This document shows, piece by piece, positions 50,234-62,103 of a stretch of DNA of 64,000 nt (positions within the stretch are counted from its first letter, which is position 1; each line of letters begins with the position of its first letter). The notes beneath the pieces were generated by a model, which was not told the origin of the DNA, did not search any database, and was given only the letters and a program-made list of their open reading frames with translations. The stretch covers positions 2,132,582-2,196,581 of the forward strand of contig CAWDVE010000010.1 of NCBI GenBank assembly GCA_963805625.1, given 5' to 3'. The position numbers were made by a program, and so were the translations under genes. The stretch is from an uncultured Candidatus Rokubacteria bacterium (GTDB lineage Bacteria; Methylomirabilota; Methylomirabilia; Rokubacteriales; DASRDR01).

Positions 50234-50451
50234 TCACGACGTGAGCTCGCGGAACCACAGCACCAGCCAGTCGGCGACCATGCCCGGTCTGTCGAGGCCC
50301 TCGACCTCGAGGGTGTTCGTGGTCTTCTGCAGGTAACGGTCCGGGGCGCGCTCGTGGAAGTCCGCGAGAATCACATGATTGCGCACGCGGGCGCCCGTCC
50401 GTCAGGCGTCAGGAACCGCACCCTGTCCAGCCCATAGTTCAGCGCATAGGC
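50234..50451 (-). pseudogene. MaoC/NodN-like dehydratase C-terminal remnant
   Basis: ALNYGLDRVRFLTP, then frameshifted GARVRNHV..TLEVEG..RPGMVADW. Confidence 0.65.
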
Positions 50452-50554
50452 AGTGTCTCTCGGCTGTGTGCCACCGAGAAGACAAACCTACGACTGGGCA
50501 GCTACGACCGCGTGGCCGGAATCTGGCGTTAGCGGGTCCACCAGCCGGTAGCCG

Positions 50555-51478
50555 TCAGCGGACCCCCAAGACGGTCAGCCCGATCACGAGGATCTGTCCT
50601 CGCGGGCGCGATCTGACGTCGATGTCACGCTCGTAGCGCACCGTAAGCCGGCTGCGGAGCGGGGCGATTACGATGCCGATCTCCGGCCCCAGCCCGTAGG
50701 CGCGGTCGCGCGCGCCGCGCAGCGGCGGTGGGATGTCCGCCCCGCGGTCGTCGCGCACCTGCCACATCGCGTACCCGGCCAGCCCCACCTCGAGGATGCC
50801 GAATAGGGTCTTGCTCGCGCCGCCCTGGATCTGGACGGTGTCGCCGCGCGTGATGTCGATGTCCCGCTTGCGCGAGTTCAGGTCGTAGCTGGCCAGGGCC
50901 GAGAGCCGCCACGTCTTGCCGCGGTCGAAATAGGCCGTGCCCCCGAGGGAGAACTCGTGAGTCCACTGGCCACTGCCCACGCCCTCGCGCCCGCCGGGAT
51001 CGAAGTGGCCCGTCGGGGCGTAGAAGGCATAGCCGGTCACGACGTCGAACCGATCGAGCTTCCAGCCGAGCTTGAGGGGCTGCACGTAGAGATCGCCGAG
51101 GCCGAACTTGTCGATCCCCGCCTCGAGGCGATCGGTCTCGAGCGTCGCGCGCGCGACGGGCACGCCGATGGATGCGTTCACGTAGGTCGAGAGCCATGGC
51201 AACTGGAGCGTCCCGCCGATGCCGACCGCGTTCGCGACGGTGTCGAGGTCGATGTCCACGGGGATGCGCCGTCCGTTCCTGTCGACGAGCTCGTTCGCGC
51301 GGTAGGAGATGACGCGATCGGCGAAGTAAAGCCCGGTGTCCGGCTGCGAGCCGGCCCCGAGGCCCAGGGTCCCGACCAGTTTATGCCCGAGATCCTGCGC
51401 GCCGGACGGCGCCGCCCCCAACAGGATCGTCGCGCAGAGAGCCAGGCCGGCCAGCTGTGCGCCGCGTCGGTGTTCCAT
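50555..51478 (-). CDS. Outer-membrane channel, SphA/phenol-degradation MetA-pathway family
   Basis: Signal peptide; GLGDLYVQP..LGW, YAPTG.FD, GPEIG; alternating beta-strands. Confidence 0.82.
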   Translation of the reverse strand: MEHRRGAQLAGLALCATILLGAAPSGAQDLGHKLVGTLGLGAGSQPDTGLYFADRVISYRANELVDRNGRRIPVDIDLDTVANAVGIGGTLQLPWLSTYVNASIGVPVARATLETDRLEAGIDKFGLGDLYVQPLKLGWKLDRFDVVTGYAFYAPTGHFDPGGREGVGSGQWTHEFSLGGTAYFDRGKTWRLSALASYDLNSRKRDIDITRGDTVQIQGGASKTLFGILEVGLAGYAMWQVRDDRGADIPPPLRGARDRAYGLGPEIGIVIAPLRSRLTVRYERDIDVRSRPRGQILVIGLTVLGVR

Positions 51479-51631
51479 GCCCCTTCTTGCCGCAGCCAAC
51501 ATGGGCCGGAGCCGGAGACGAACATCGGCACCAGCGTGTCGCAAAGCAGGTAGCGGTCACGAGCACTTTCAGCCAACGGCTCACAAGGACGCGGCACCGA
51601 TCGGGGATCCGCTCCAAGTCGCCCCTGTCGA

Positions 51632-53023
51632 TCAGGGAACGATGTTCGCGTTGACGCGGAACAGGTTCGTCGGATCGTACACCGCCTTCAGCGCGCGCAG
51701 TCGGCCATAGTTCGTGCCGAACGATGCCCGCACCTTCTCCGGTCGATCATCGGCGGCGAGGTGATTCACGTAGGCGCTACCCTGGAGGTGCGGCTCCAGC
51801 TTCGACCACAGCGCCCGCACCCACGCGGTATGGATCGCGGATTCGCCGCCGTCCGCCCACTGGCCGATCGCGTCGAAATCCCATTGTGCCCGCCGGGGCG
51901 CGAAGGCGGTCTCGGTCGGGGGAACCCGGGTCGCCGCTCCGTGCATGTGGAAGAAGAGCAGCGCGCTGAGCGGCGAGGTGAAGGTTTTCGCCCCTTCCAC
52001 CAGGACGTCGATCAGCTCGTCCGAGAGCGTTTCGGTGAACGCCGAACGCCAGTACCGCTGGAGGCCATGCGTCGCGTTGGGCTCGTCGAGCAAGCGCTGC
52101 CGGGCGGCGTAGGGCATCGGTCCGACGACGTCGGCGACGGGCTGGCCGAACCGCCGCGCGGGCGCCAGCACCTGTTCGCCATCCGCGACGGGTCCATTAT
52201 ACCCGAGGATCAGCGCCGCGACGGGCATCCCCTGGGGCGCCGTCAACAGGGCCGCGTAGGCTTCCGCCTCGTCTGGCAGCTTGGTGCTGAAATCGCGGTA
52301 GAACCGCAGCACCTCACGGGCTTGATCGAGCGGATAGAGCACCATCCCACCGAGGACCTCGGTGACCGGATGCAGCCGATACTCGAGTGATGTGACGACG
52401 CCGAAGTTGCCGCCGCCGCCGCGCAGCGCCCAGAACAGATCGGCATGGTCCTGCGCGCTGGCCTTGCGCAGCTGACCGTCCGCGGTCACGACGTCGGCCG
52501 AGACGAGGTTGTCGATGCTCAATCCGTGCTTGCCCATCAGCCAGCCGAGACCGCCCCCCAGGGTCAACCCGGCGATGCCGGTATTGGAGACGGTGCCGCC
52601 GGTCGTCGCGAGACCGTACGCCTGTGTCTCCTGATCGAAATCGCGCCACAACACGCCGCCCTGGGCCCAGGCGGTGCGGGCGTCCGGATCGACCCGGATG
52701 CCCTTCATGCGCGACAGATCGATGACGAAGCCGCCGTCATTCGTGCCGTACCCGGGCGCGCTGTGGCCGCCCCCGCGGACGGACAGCAGGACGCCGAGCG
52801 ATCGCGCGATGTTGACGGCCTGCTGCACGTCCGCGGCATCCACGCACCGCACGATCACGGCCGGTCGGCGATCGACGTTGCCGTTCCAGACTCGACGGGC
52901 CTCGTCATATCCAGCCTGCCCCGCGACGATGACCTCGCCGCGCACCGCACGCCGCAAACTCTCGATGTCAGCGGTATTCAGAGTGGTACCCGCGCCGTCC
53001 AGCTTGGTTGCAGTGATGGTCAT
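51632..53023 (-). CDS. FAD-linked oxidase (VAO/BBE family, 6-hydroxy-D-nicotine oxidase-like)
   Basis: YDEARRVWN, RGGGH, GLTLGGG, DLFWALRGGGGNFGVVT, YVN, KAVYDPTNLF. Confidence 0.93.
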   Translation of the reverse strand: MTITATKLDGAGTTLNTADIESLRRAVRGEVIVAGQAGYDEARRVWNGNVDRRPAVIVRCVDAADVQQAVNIARSLGVLLSVRGGGHSAPGYGTNDGGFVIDLSRMKGIRVDPDARTAWAQGGVLWRDFDQETQAYGLATTGGTVSNTGIAGLTLGGGLGWLMGKHGLSIDNLVSADVVTADGQLRKASAQDHADLFWALRGGGGNFGVVTSLEYRLHPVTEVLGGMVLYPLDQAREVLRFYRDFSTKLPDEAEAYAALLTAPQGMPVAALILGYNGPVADGEQVLAPARRFGQPVADVVGPMPYAARQRLLDEPNATHGLQRYWRSAFTETLSDELIDVLVEGAKTFTSPLSALLFFHMHGAATRVPPTETAFAPRRAQWDFDAIGQWADGGESAIHTAWVRALWSKLEPHLQGSAYVNHLAADDRPEKVRASFGTNYGRLRALKAVYDPTNLFRVNANIVP

Positions 53024-53113
53024 GGCGTGTTTCTCCCCATGGCCCGTCGAACCGGCGGCCGGTCGCCAACGGTCGTGCGGGCTGATTCAAGGCGTCACCT
53101 CACCCGCGGCGCC

Positions 53114-53174
53114 ATCCTGCGTCAGCGGCAATGCATCGTCAACCAGTGGGCGGCAATGCCGGGGGCGGCAATGC
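53114..53174 (-). promoter_or_regulatory. Promoter with three GCATTGCCGC direct repeats
   Basis: GCGGCAATGC at 53125, 53150 and 53165; minus strand TTGACG-17-CAGGAT. Confidence 0.55.
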
Positions 53175-53228
53175 CGAGGACGGATGCGCCGTGCAGGGGC
53201 CTCACCCGCTCGCCTGGGTGCCGCCGGT

Positions 53229-53966
53229 TCATCGGGTCGCTCCAGCAGACCGCAGCGGGGTGGTCGCTTCCGAGCGCACGTAGCTGCGCAGGGCGAACAG
53301 GTGCAGCAGCAAGGCCATCGGAGCGGCCAGGGCGGGGATCAGCACCAGCGAGAACTGGAAGGCGGGCGCGCTGGAGGGCACCGTGTCGGAGTAGAGCGGG
53401 TAGTGGGCCAGCAGCAGGTACGCCACGTTCATCAGGTCGTACAGGCCGGCGGCGGAGAAGAGCCAGAACAGGGTGTGGCGGACGCGGCTGTTCCTGGCGA
53501 GGGCGAGCGCGGTGCTGAGGGCGAGCGCCCCGGTGGCCAGGTCGCCGTACCCGGCGCGGGCGAAGGAGGGCGGAAGGATGCCCAGGTGGACGATCAGCAG
53601 GAAGGCGACGCCGGCGAGGCGGAAGGTCTGCACGCCGACCAGCGTGCCGAGCGGCGCGTGATCGAGCACGGTGCGAAAGGCGCTGCTGCAGGTGGCCAGC
53701 GCCACGGTCGCAATGACCGGCACCGTGAGGGGGATGACGAAGCGGGGAAAGGAGTCGCCGGGGTGGTAGCGAATCAGGCCGCTCAAGGACGCGGCCCAGA
53801 CGAGCAGGGTCCATCCGCCCACGGTCGCGATGGCGATGGTCTTGAAGCGGGTCTTGGTGGCGGGGGGAAACGGGCTCCATTCGATTCCCCGGGTGAGGGC
53901 GTGGGTGAAGAGGACGGGGACGATGAGGCCCAGGGCCGCGCCCGCGACCAGCAGCAGGGTTTCCAT
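53229..53966 (-). CDS. Multi-pass membrane protein of unknown function
   Basis: AGGAG RBS; about 7 hydrophobic segments; QTFR..G..FL, LP..FA..AGYGD. Confidence 0.8.
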   Translation of the reverse strand: METLLLVAGAALGLIVPVLFTHALTRGIEWSPFPPATKTRFKTIAIATVGGWTLLVWAASLSGLIRYHPGDSFPRFVIPLTVPVIATVALATCSSAFRTVLDHAPLGTLVGVQTFRLAGVAFLLIVHLGILPPSFARAGYGDLATGALALSTALALARNSRVRHTLFWLFSAAGLYDLMNVAYLLLAHYPLYSDTVPSSAPAFQFSLVLIPALAAPMALLLHLFALRSYVRSEATTPLRSAGATR

Positions 53967-54095
53967 GATCGGACTCCTTTTGGGCCGAGTGCCCGGCCCG
54001 GCTCAATGCCGCGCTGTCGTGACCGTGAAATCGCCGCCGAAGAGCTGTGGACGCCTCGCCTCCCTCCTGTCGTGAGATTTGGACCCTTCCCGGTG

Positions 54096-54125
54096 AATCT
54101 AAACGCTCATTCTGAAATGGGTCAA
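54096..54125 (-). promoter_or_regulatory. Sigma70 promoter with degenerate TetR-type operator
   Basis: TTGACC-18-TAGATT; spacer AACGCTCATTCTGAA resembles AACGATCGTTCTGAA at 54741. Confidence 0.55.
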
Positions 54126-54131
54126 AAAAAC

Positions 54132-54719
54132 CTACCTCAGGGCGGCCATGGTGGCCCGGACCGACGCCCGCATGTCCCGTTCATTCAGCACCTTCGCCAG
54201 GCTGAGCAACCCGGTCGAATACGCCACCAAAATCTTCGCCTGTTCACGGACATTCACGTTCACCGATATTTCCCTCCGCGCTTTCGCCCGGACGAGCGCC
54301 GCATGGAAATCGTTCTCGACTCTCTTGAGGTACCGCGCAAGAATTACGGCCGTCCGCTTATCGGTCTTCGCTCCAAGCTCCGCCATCGTGTTACACAGGA
54401 GACAGCCATTGGGTGACTCACCCGTCTTGATTCGGGAGACCATCTCCATGAGCGTCGTTTCGAGGACGCGAAGACCTTGGTCTGAATCCCTGAGTCTCGC
54501 GAAGAATGGCATGGCCACATTCCGGTAGTACGCGTGGAGGGCCTGCACAAAGAGCTCGTGTTTACTCTTGAATGTCTGGTAGAGGGAGAATCGATTGATG
54601 CCCATGCGCCTCACGAGGTCCTGCATCGATGTGGCCGCATACCCCTTATCCCGAAAGACCATCATGGCCTTCAGCAGGACTTCTTCTCGGTCGAACTCCT
54701 TGCGTCTTGGCATTGGCAC
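54132..54719 (-). CDS. TetR/AcrR family regulator (NemR/ComR-like)
   Basis: PRRKEFD..F..KGYAATSM.DL..MGI..SLY..F.SK.ELF; GCLLCN. Confidence 0.92.
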   Translation of the reverse strand: MPMPRRKEFDREEVLLKAMMVFRDKGYAATSMQDLVRRMGINRFSLYQTFKSKHELFVQALHAYYRNVAMPFFARLRDSDQGLRVLETTLMEMVSRIKTGESPNGCLLCNTMAELGAKTDKRTAVILARYLKRVENDFHAALVRAKARREISVNVNVREQAKILVAYSTGLLSLAKVLNERDMRASVRATMAALR

Positions 54720-54733
54720 GCCACTCGGGCGAG

Positions 54734-54758
54734 AATTATGAACGATCGTTCTGAATTG

Positions 54759-54762
<4 letters not shown>
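54734..54762 (-). promoter_or_regulatory. TetR autoregulatory operator inside a sigma70 promoter
   Basis: Palindrome GAACGATCGTTC (54740-54751) flanked by AATT; TTGACA-16-CATAAT. Confidence 0.7.
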
Positions 54763-55439
<677 letters not shown>

Positions 55440-55514
55440 AGCGCAGCGAGAGTCGCCCGAGGGCCCGGGGGCTGTCAAGACATGACGTGTCGTCGAGCCC
55501 TTCGGCCCGGGCGG

Positions 55515-55723
55515 GGTCGATCCGGGCCTTGAGGCGGCGGAACTGCCGGCGGCTGATCTCCAGGGCGTTGGCGTCTTCCGCGGTGGTGATCTTCCCGGCC
55601 ACCGCCGCTTGAACCGGGCCCGGCCGGGCCTCCTTGCGACTCATCGTGATGGTCTCCCATGTCTCCATGGGGGGACACTTTCACGGAACAGTTAGGGGGA
55701 GGGCATTTTCATAGACCAACAGC
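55515..55723 (-). mobile_element. ISNCY/IS1202-like remnant (one end plus transposase N-terminal HTH)
   Basis: [30 protein letters not shown]; GGACACTTTC and GGGCATTTTC subterminal repeats. Confidence 0.6.
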
Positions 55724-55839
55724 AACCTGGCCGAAAGCCACTGAGTTCGTCCAGAAACATGGGTGACACCTAAGATGGGTCGCCATGAGCGCCCCCCAGA
55801 CTCGGGTCCTGGACCGGAATTGGTTGACCGAGCATCTCC

Positions 55840-55915
55840 TGGAGTTGTCGGGGAGGCCCAGCGCCGACTGAAGTGGATGGACTACTACGTCCAGCACGGC
55901 CAGAATGCCCGGCGG
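55840..55915 (+). mobile_element. IS481-like transposase N-terminal remnant
   Basis: EAQRRLKWMDYYVQHGQNA, then breaks off. Confidence 0.45.
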
Positions 55916-55990
55916 GCCGTACCCGCCGGAGCAGTCGCCGACAACGGGAATCCCGATTGCCTCAAGCCCGCGGTAGATCGACTGCCGACG

Positions 55991-57937
55991 TCACGTCGCC
56001 TCGGCGACCGCCGTGATCGCCTCCGGGTTCTCGAGCGATGACACGTCGCCAACCGGCTTCCCCAGGTGCGTCGCGCGTATCACGCGGCGCATGATCTTGG
56101 CGCTCCGGGTCTTCGGGAGGTCGCGCGTGAACAGCACCTTCTCGGGCTTGAGCGCCTTGCCCATCGCCTTGGCCACGCGGTCGGACAGCTCGCCACGGAG
56201 TGCCTCGGACGGCGCGTTGCCAGGGCGAAGCACGACAAAGCAGACCACCGCCTCCCCCTTGATCACGTGGGGAACGCCGATGACGCCAGCCTCGGCGACC
56301 GCGGGATGGCCGACCAGTACCGACTCGACCTCGGCCGGCCCGAGCCGCTTGCCGGCGATCTTGAGCGTGTCGTCCGAGCGACCTTGAATGAACCAAAACC
56401 CGTCGCCGTCCACATACGTCCAGTCACCATGGACCCAGACGCCGGGCCAGCGCGACCAGTACGTCTCCTCATAGCGCGCCGGGTCGCGCCAGAACCCCGC
56501 GGTCATGCCCGGCCACGGCTTGGTGATCACCAACTCGCCGACGTGCCCGCGCACCGGCTCGCCGTTCTCTCCGAGGCACTCGGCGGCCATGCCGGGGATC
56601 GGGCCCGCGAACGCGCAGGGCTTGATCGGCGCGATCGGAAAACATCCGAGGATCCCGCCGGAGATCTCGGTGCCGCCCGTGTAGTTGATGATCGGGATCC
56701 GCGCCTTGCCCACGTGCTCGAAGAGCCAGCGGTACGGCTCCGGATTCCACGGTTCACCCGTGGATCCGAGAATGCGGAGCGACGACAGGTCGTGGGCGTG
56801 CACCGGTTCGGGTCCGTGCTGCATGAGCGCGCGCACGGCCGTGGGCGAAATCCCCATCACGCTGATGCGGTGTCGCTCGACCAGGCTCCACAGGCGATCG
56901 GGCTTCGGATGGTCCGGCACCCCCTCGAACACGACCGCGGTGCCGCCGTGGAACAGCGCGGCGGTGAGCGCCATCGGACCCATGAGCCAGCCGAGGTCGG
57001 TCAGCCAGAACAGCCGATCCTCCTCACCGACGTCCATGCAGTAGGCGAAATCATGCGCGGCCTTGATGAGGAAGCCGCCATGCGTGAGCACGGCCCCCTT
57101 CGGCCGGCCCGTCGTCCCGGACGTATAGATGATGAGGCAGGGCCGATCGGCCTCGACCGGCCGCGCCGCCGCACGGTCACTGTGACCGGCGAGGGCCTCG
57201 TGCCACCAGTGGTCGCGCCCCCTCGTCCAGGCGACCTCGCGGCCGAGGCGACGATGGACGAGCAGCGTCTTGACCGTGGGGCACTGGGCCACGGCCTCGT
57301 CGGCCGTCTCCTTCAGCGTGACGACCTGGCCGCGACGGTAGAATCCGTCCGCCGTGATCACGAGCGTGGCTTCGCAGTCGGCCAGGCGGGACGCCACGGC
57401 CCCCGCGCCGAATCCGGAGAAGCACGGCGTGTAAATGGCGCCGATCTTCACCACCGCGAGCGTGGCGATCGCGGCCTCGGGCGACATCGGCAGGAAGATC
57501 CCGACGCGGTCGCCCTCCCCGACGCCGAGCCCCTGCAGGGCGTTCGCCAGACGGTTCACCTCGGCCGCCAGCTCCGCGTAGGTCAGCGTGCGTGTCTGGC
57601 CATCGTCCCCCTCCCAGACGACCGCCGGCTTGGCCCCACGGCCCGCATCCACGTGACGATCCAGGCAGTTGTCGGTGAAGTTCAGCCGGCCGCCGGGGAA
57701 CCAGATCGGCCATGGAACGCCGCGCGACTCATCCAGCACGCGCGTGTACGGCGTTGTCCACCGCACCTGCAGATCGCGCGCCACCGCATCCCAGTACCAC
57801 GCGAGGTCCGCGACAGAGCGGCGCTGGAGCTCGGCCAGCGTGGCGATCCCATGGGTGCGCATGAAGCGGCCGATCCGCGAGCGCTGGGCGACCTCAGGGG
57901 TGGGACGCCAGACGATGCCGTCAGTCTCTGTCGTCAT
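55991..57937 (-). CDS. Acetyl-CoA synthetase-like AMP-forming acyl-CoA ligase
   Basis: YTSGTTGRPKG, TDLGW, GEPWN, GRSDD, PKTRSAKIMRR. Confidence 0.92.
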   Translation of the reverse strand: MTTETDGIVWRPTPEVAQRSRIGRFMRTHGIATLAELQRRSVADLAWYWDAVARDLQVRWTTPYTRVLDESRGVPWPIWFPGGRLNFTDNCLDRHVDAGRGAKPAVVWEGDDGQTRTLTYAELAAEVNRLANALQGLGVGEGDRVGIFLPMSPEAAIATLAVVKIGAIYTPCFSGFGAGAVASRLADCEATLVITADGFYRRGQVVTLKETADEAVAQCPTVKTLLVHRRLGREVAWTRGRDHWWHEALAGHSDRAAARPVEADRPCLIIYTSGTTGRPKGAVLTHGGFLIKAAHDFAYCMDVGEEDRLFWLTDLGWLMGPMALTAALFHGGTAVVFEGVPDHPKPDRLWSLVERHRISVMGISPTAVRALMQHGPEPVHAHDLSSLRILGSTGEPWNPEPYRWLFEHVGKARIPIINYTGGTEISGGILGCFPIAPIKPCAFAGPIPGMAAECLGENGEPVRGHVGELVITKPWPGMTAGFWRDPARYEETYWSRWPGVWVHGDWTYVDGDGFWFIQGRSDDTLKIAGKRLGPAEVESVLVGHPAVAEAGVIGVPHVIKGEAVVCFVVLRPGNAPSEALRGELSDRVAKAMGKALKPEKVLFTRDLPKTRSAKIMRRVIRATHLGKPVGDVSSLENPEAITAVAEAT

Positions 57938-58076
57938 GACCTACCTCAATGATAAACGCTCCGCCAGGGATAACCACGTCCGACCCGGATGCGATGGCCT
58001 GATCGCGAGCGTCAGGTTGTCCCGTCCTGACGGCCGCAACCTACTGAGCAACGAAGTCCGACCTGGACATGCGCCC

Positions 58077-59099
<1,023 letters not shown>

Positions 59100-59145
59100 C
59101 GCTACGCCTCCCGGGGCGATGCGGAACCGGGGCCCGGCCGCGACC

Positions 59146-60109
59146 TACTGGCGCTGGAAGTCCAGGCCCAACCCGGTCGGCCGCCCGAGACTCGACGCCG
59201 AGCTGCGCGACCTGATCCGACGCATGGCGCGGGAAAATCCGACGTGGGGCCGCCGACGCATTCGAGCGGAGCTGGCACTGCTCGGCTACGAAGTCGCTGA
59301 GCTGACCGTCGCCAAGTACATGCACCGGACGTCTCCTCGGCCGTCGCCCACGTGGCGCGCCTTTCTCACCGCGCATGCCCGAGACATCGTCGCCATCGAC
59401 TTCTTCGTGGTCCCCACGATCACCTTCCACCTGCTGTTCGTCTTCATCGTCCTGCGGCATCACCGCCGCGAACTCCTCCACGTCAACGTGACGGATCACC
59501 CGTCCGCAGTCTGGACGGCCCGGCAGGTGATCGAGGCGTTCCCGGAGGAGACCGGCCCGAAATACGTACTTCGGGATCGAGACTCGATCTACGGCGAGGC
59601 CTTCACTCGGCGCGTCGACCACCTGGGATCCGCCAGGTGACCACGGCCCCCAGAACGCCCTGGCAGAACCCCTTCGTCGAGCGGCTCATCGGCTCCATCC
59701 GTCGGGAGTGCCTGGACCACGTCATCATTCTGAGCGGGGCCCATCTCTGCCGCGTCTTGCGCGCGTATCTCGCCTACTACAACACCGCGCGGCCACACCA
59801 ATCGCTTGAAAACAACAGTCCCCAGCCACGAGTCGTCGAACCCTCCCCACCTGGCCGGATCATCGCCATCCCTCAGGTCGGCGGACTTCATCACCGCTAC
59901 ACTCGCATCGCCTGATCGTGGTCAGCCGACGGGCCAGCCGTCGCCCGCTCGTACGATCTACGCTGACTGGAATGGGCAAACCGCACTCCAGTCCGCGGCT
60001 GCCATCCACGCGACAATCCTGATCACACTCAATACGACGTGGTTCCGGACGTTCGCGCCGAGTGTCAGGCGATCTCCACGGTTGGCCGATGAGGTTTCTG
60101 ACCGGCACA
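59146..60109 (+). mobile_element. 5'-truncated integrase-core (rve) IS; transposase 59146-59915 with frameshift near 59630
   Basis: YWRWKS..GRP..ENPTWG..RI, AIDFF, LRDRD, PWQNPFVERLIGSIRRECLD, GGLHHRY; likely end ..CCGGCACA at 60109. Confidence 0.8.
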
Positions 60110-60205
60110 GGCCACATTCAAGGGTTCCGCGACCCACAGGACTAACGAGGGCGAGATGGGTCAGAATGGCCTGCCGGCGTTTCGAGGGGATTCACCGACC
60201 CCTGC

Positions 60206-61030
60206 TCAGGGCTCCACCTTGATCCGCGGATCGAGCACGTCGCGGAGGCCGTCGCCGAGGAGGTTGAGTCCGAGCACGGTGATCCCGATGGCGATCCCAG
60301 GAAGCAGCGAGATCCAGGGCGCCTCCCGAATGTAGTTGCGGCCCTCGGCGATGACGTTGCCCCAGGTCGGGGTGGGCGGCGGCGGACCCACGCCAATGAA
60401 GCTCAGCACGGCCTCGGCTAGCACGGACACGGCGAAGATGAACGTGAGTTGCACGATCAGGGGCGACATGCTGTTCGCCAGGATGTGGCGGAACAGGATG
60501 CGTAAGGAGCCGGCTCCGGCCGCCAGCGCCGCTTGCACGTACTCCTGCTCGCGCACCACCAGCACCGAGGCCCGCACGATACGGGCGGTGCGGGGCGCGT
60601 AGGCGATGGTCAGGGCGAGGACCACGTTCAGTTCGGAGGCGCCCAGCGTGGCGGCCAGAGCGATGGCGAGCAGGATGGCCGGAAAGGCCATGAGACCGTC
60701 CATGACACGCATCACCACGTTGTCGAGCGAGCGGACCGAGCCGGCGCTGGCGCCGATCATGGTACCGAGGATCGCGTTCATCACCACGACCATCAGGCCG
60801 ATGCGGAGCGACACCCGAGCCCCGTAGATCACGCGGCTCAGAACATCACGCCCGTAGCCGTCAGTGCCGAGCAGGAACACCCGGGTCGGGGCACCGAGCC
60901 GGTAGCGGAAGTTGTTCTGGTTCGGAGGGTGAGGGGCAAAGACGCCGGCCGACGCCGCCATCGCGACGATCAGCGCGAACAGCACGAGGCCGGTCATGAA
61001 GAGCCGGTGGTGAACGAGCCGCCGGATCAC
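60206..61030 (-). CDS. Peptide ABC permease (DppC-like)
   Basis: LGTDGYGRDVLSR, EYVQAALAAGA, EAVLSFIG, NLLGDGLRD. Confidence 0.93.
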   Translation of the reverse strand: MIRRLVHHRLFMTGLVLFALIVAMAASAGVFAPHPPNQNNFRYRLGAPTRVFLLGTDGYGRDVLSRVIYGARVSLRIGLMVVVMNAILGTMIGASAGSVRSLDNVVMRVMDGLMAFPAILLAIALAATLGASELNVVLALTIAYAPRTARIVRASVLVVREQEYVQAALAAGAGSLRILFRHILANSMSPLIVQLTFIFAVSVLAEAVLSFIGVGPPPPTPTWGNVIAEGRNYIREAPWISLLPGIAIGITVLGLNLLGDGLRDVLDPRIKVEP

Positions 61031-61090
61031 CTGGACCGGCGGAACCGGTCGGCGGCGAGCCTGACCCTACCGGGCTCGGCGAGCGCGGCT

Positions 61091-62035
61091 TCAGTCATAG
61101 CGAACTCGTGGGTCGAGCGTCGCGTACAGGATGTCCACCGCGAGATTGACGAAGACGTAGATCACGGCGGTCAGCAGAAGGCCGCCCTGAATGACTGGAT
61201 AGTCGCGCCGCAGGATTGCTCCGATGATCAGGCGGCCGACGCCGGGCAACGAGAAGACCTGCTCGACCACCACGGCTCCCCCCCAGCAGGATGCCGACGA
61301 TCAGCCCGATTACGGTGACCACCGGGATCATGGCGTTGGCCAGGGCGTGCTTGTCAACCACCAGCCGCTCGGGCAGACCCTTGGCGCGCGCCGTGCGCAC
61401 GTAGTCCTGGTTGAGGACCTCGAGCATCGCCGCGCGGGTGATTCGGGCGAGGAGACCGAGCTGGGTGATGCCGAGCGCGAGAGCCGGCATCACCAGGCTG
61501 CGCAGCCAGGGTCCCACGCCCTGCCCGAGCTCGACGTAGCCGCCCGTCGGAAACCAGCCCAGCAGGACCGCGAAGATGTAGATCATCACGAGGCCGACCC
61601 AGAAGTCGGGTACCGACAGGCCGAGCAGGGCGACGGTCATGGCCGACTGATCGATCCAGGTGTTGCGCTTCACCGCCGCCGCCACGCCGAGGAGGACCGC
61701 CACCGTCAGCGAGATGCCGAGCGCCAAGGCGGTCAATGAGAGGGTGACCGGCGCCCGCTCGAGGATCGCGGTGGTGACGCTCCCGTTGAGCAGGATGGAG
61801 TGGCCGAGATCCCCCCGGACAAGCCGCCGGTACTAGTTCAGCATCTGGACGTGACCGGCGCGTCGAGGCCGAGCGGACTGCGGATCCGCGCCACCTCGTC
61901 GGCGGTCGCGCCGGGGCCGGCGATCTCCGCGGCCGGATCGCCCGGCACCAGGAAGATGATGAGGAACGACGCGAGCGAGACGACGGCCAGGATCGGGATG
62001 GCGCTGAGCAGCCGGTAGACGAGGTAGCGGCCCAT
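61091..62035 (-). pseudogene. Peptide ABC permease (DppB-like) with frameshifts and an in-frame TAG at 61833-61835
   Basis: PGDPA, GDLG.S, DYVRTARAKGL, E.VFSLPGVG, RDYPVIQG spread over three frames. Confidence 0.85.
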
Positions 62036-62052
62036 GTGGATCGAGCGGAAGC

Positions 62053-62082
62053 CCGAAGGGGGGCGGTCACGCCCCCCTTCGG
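62053..62082. terminator. Intergenic hairpin after the SBP gene
   Basis: CCGAAGGGGGGCG-GTCA-CGCCCCCCTTCGG, 13-bp stem. Confidence 0.6.
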
Positions 62083-62103
62083 CGGAGGGATTCTAGCGTG
62101 GCT

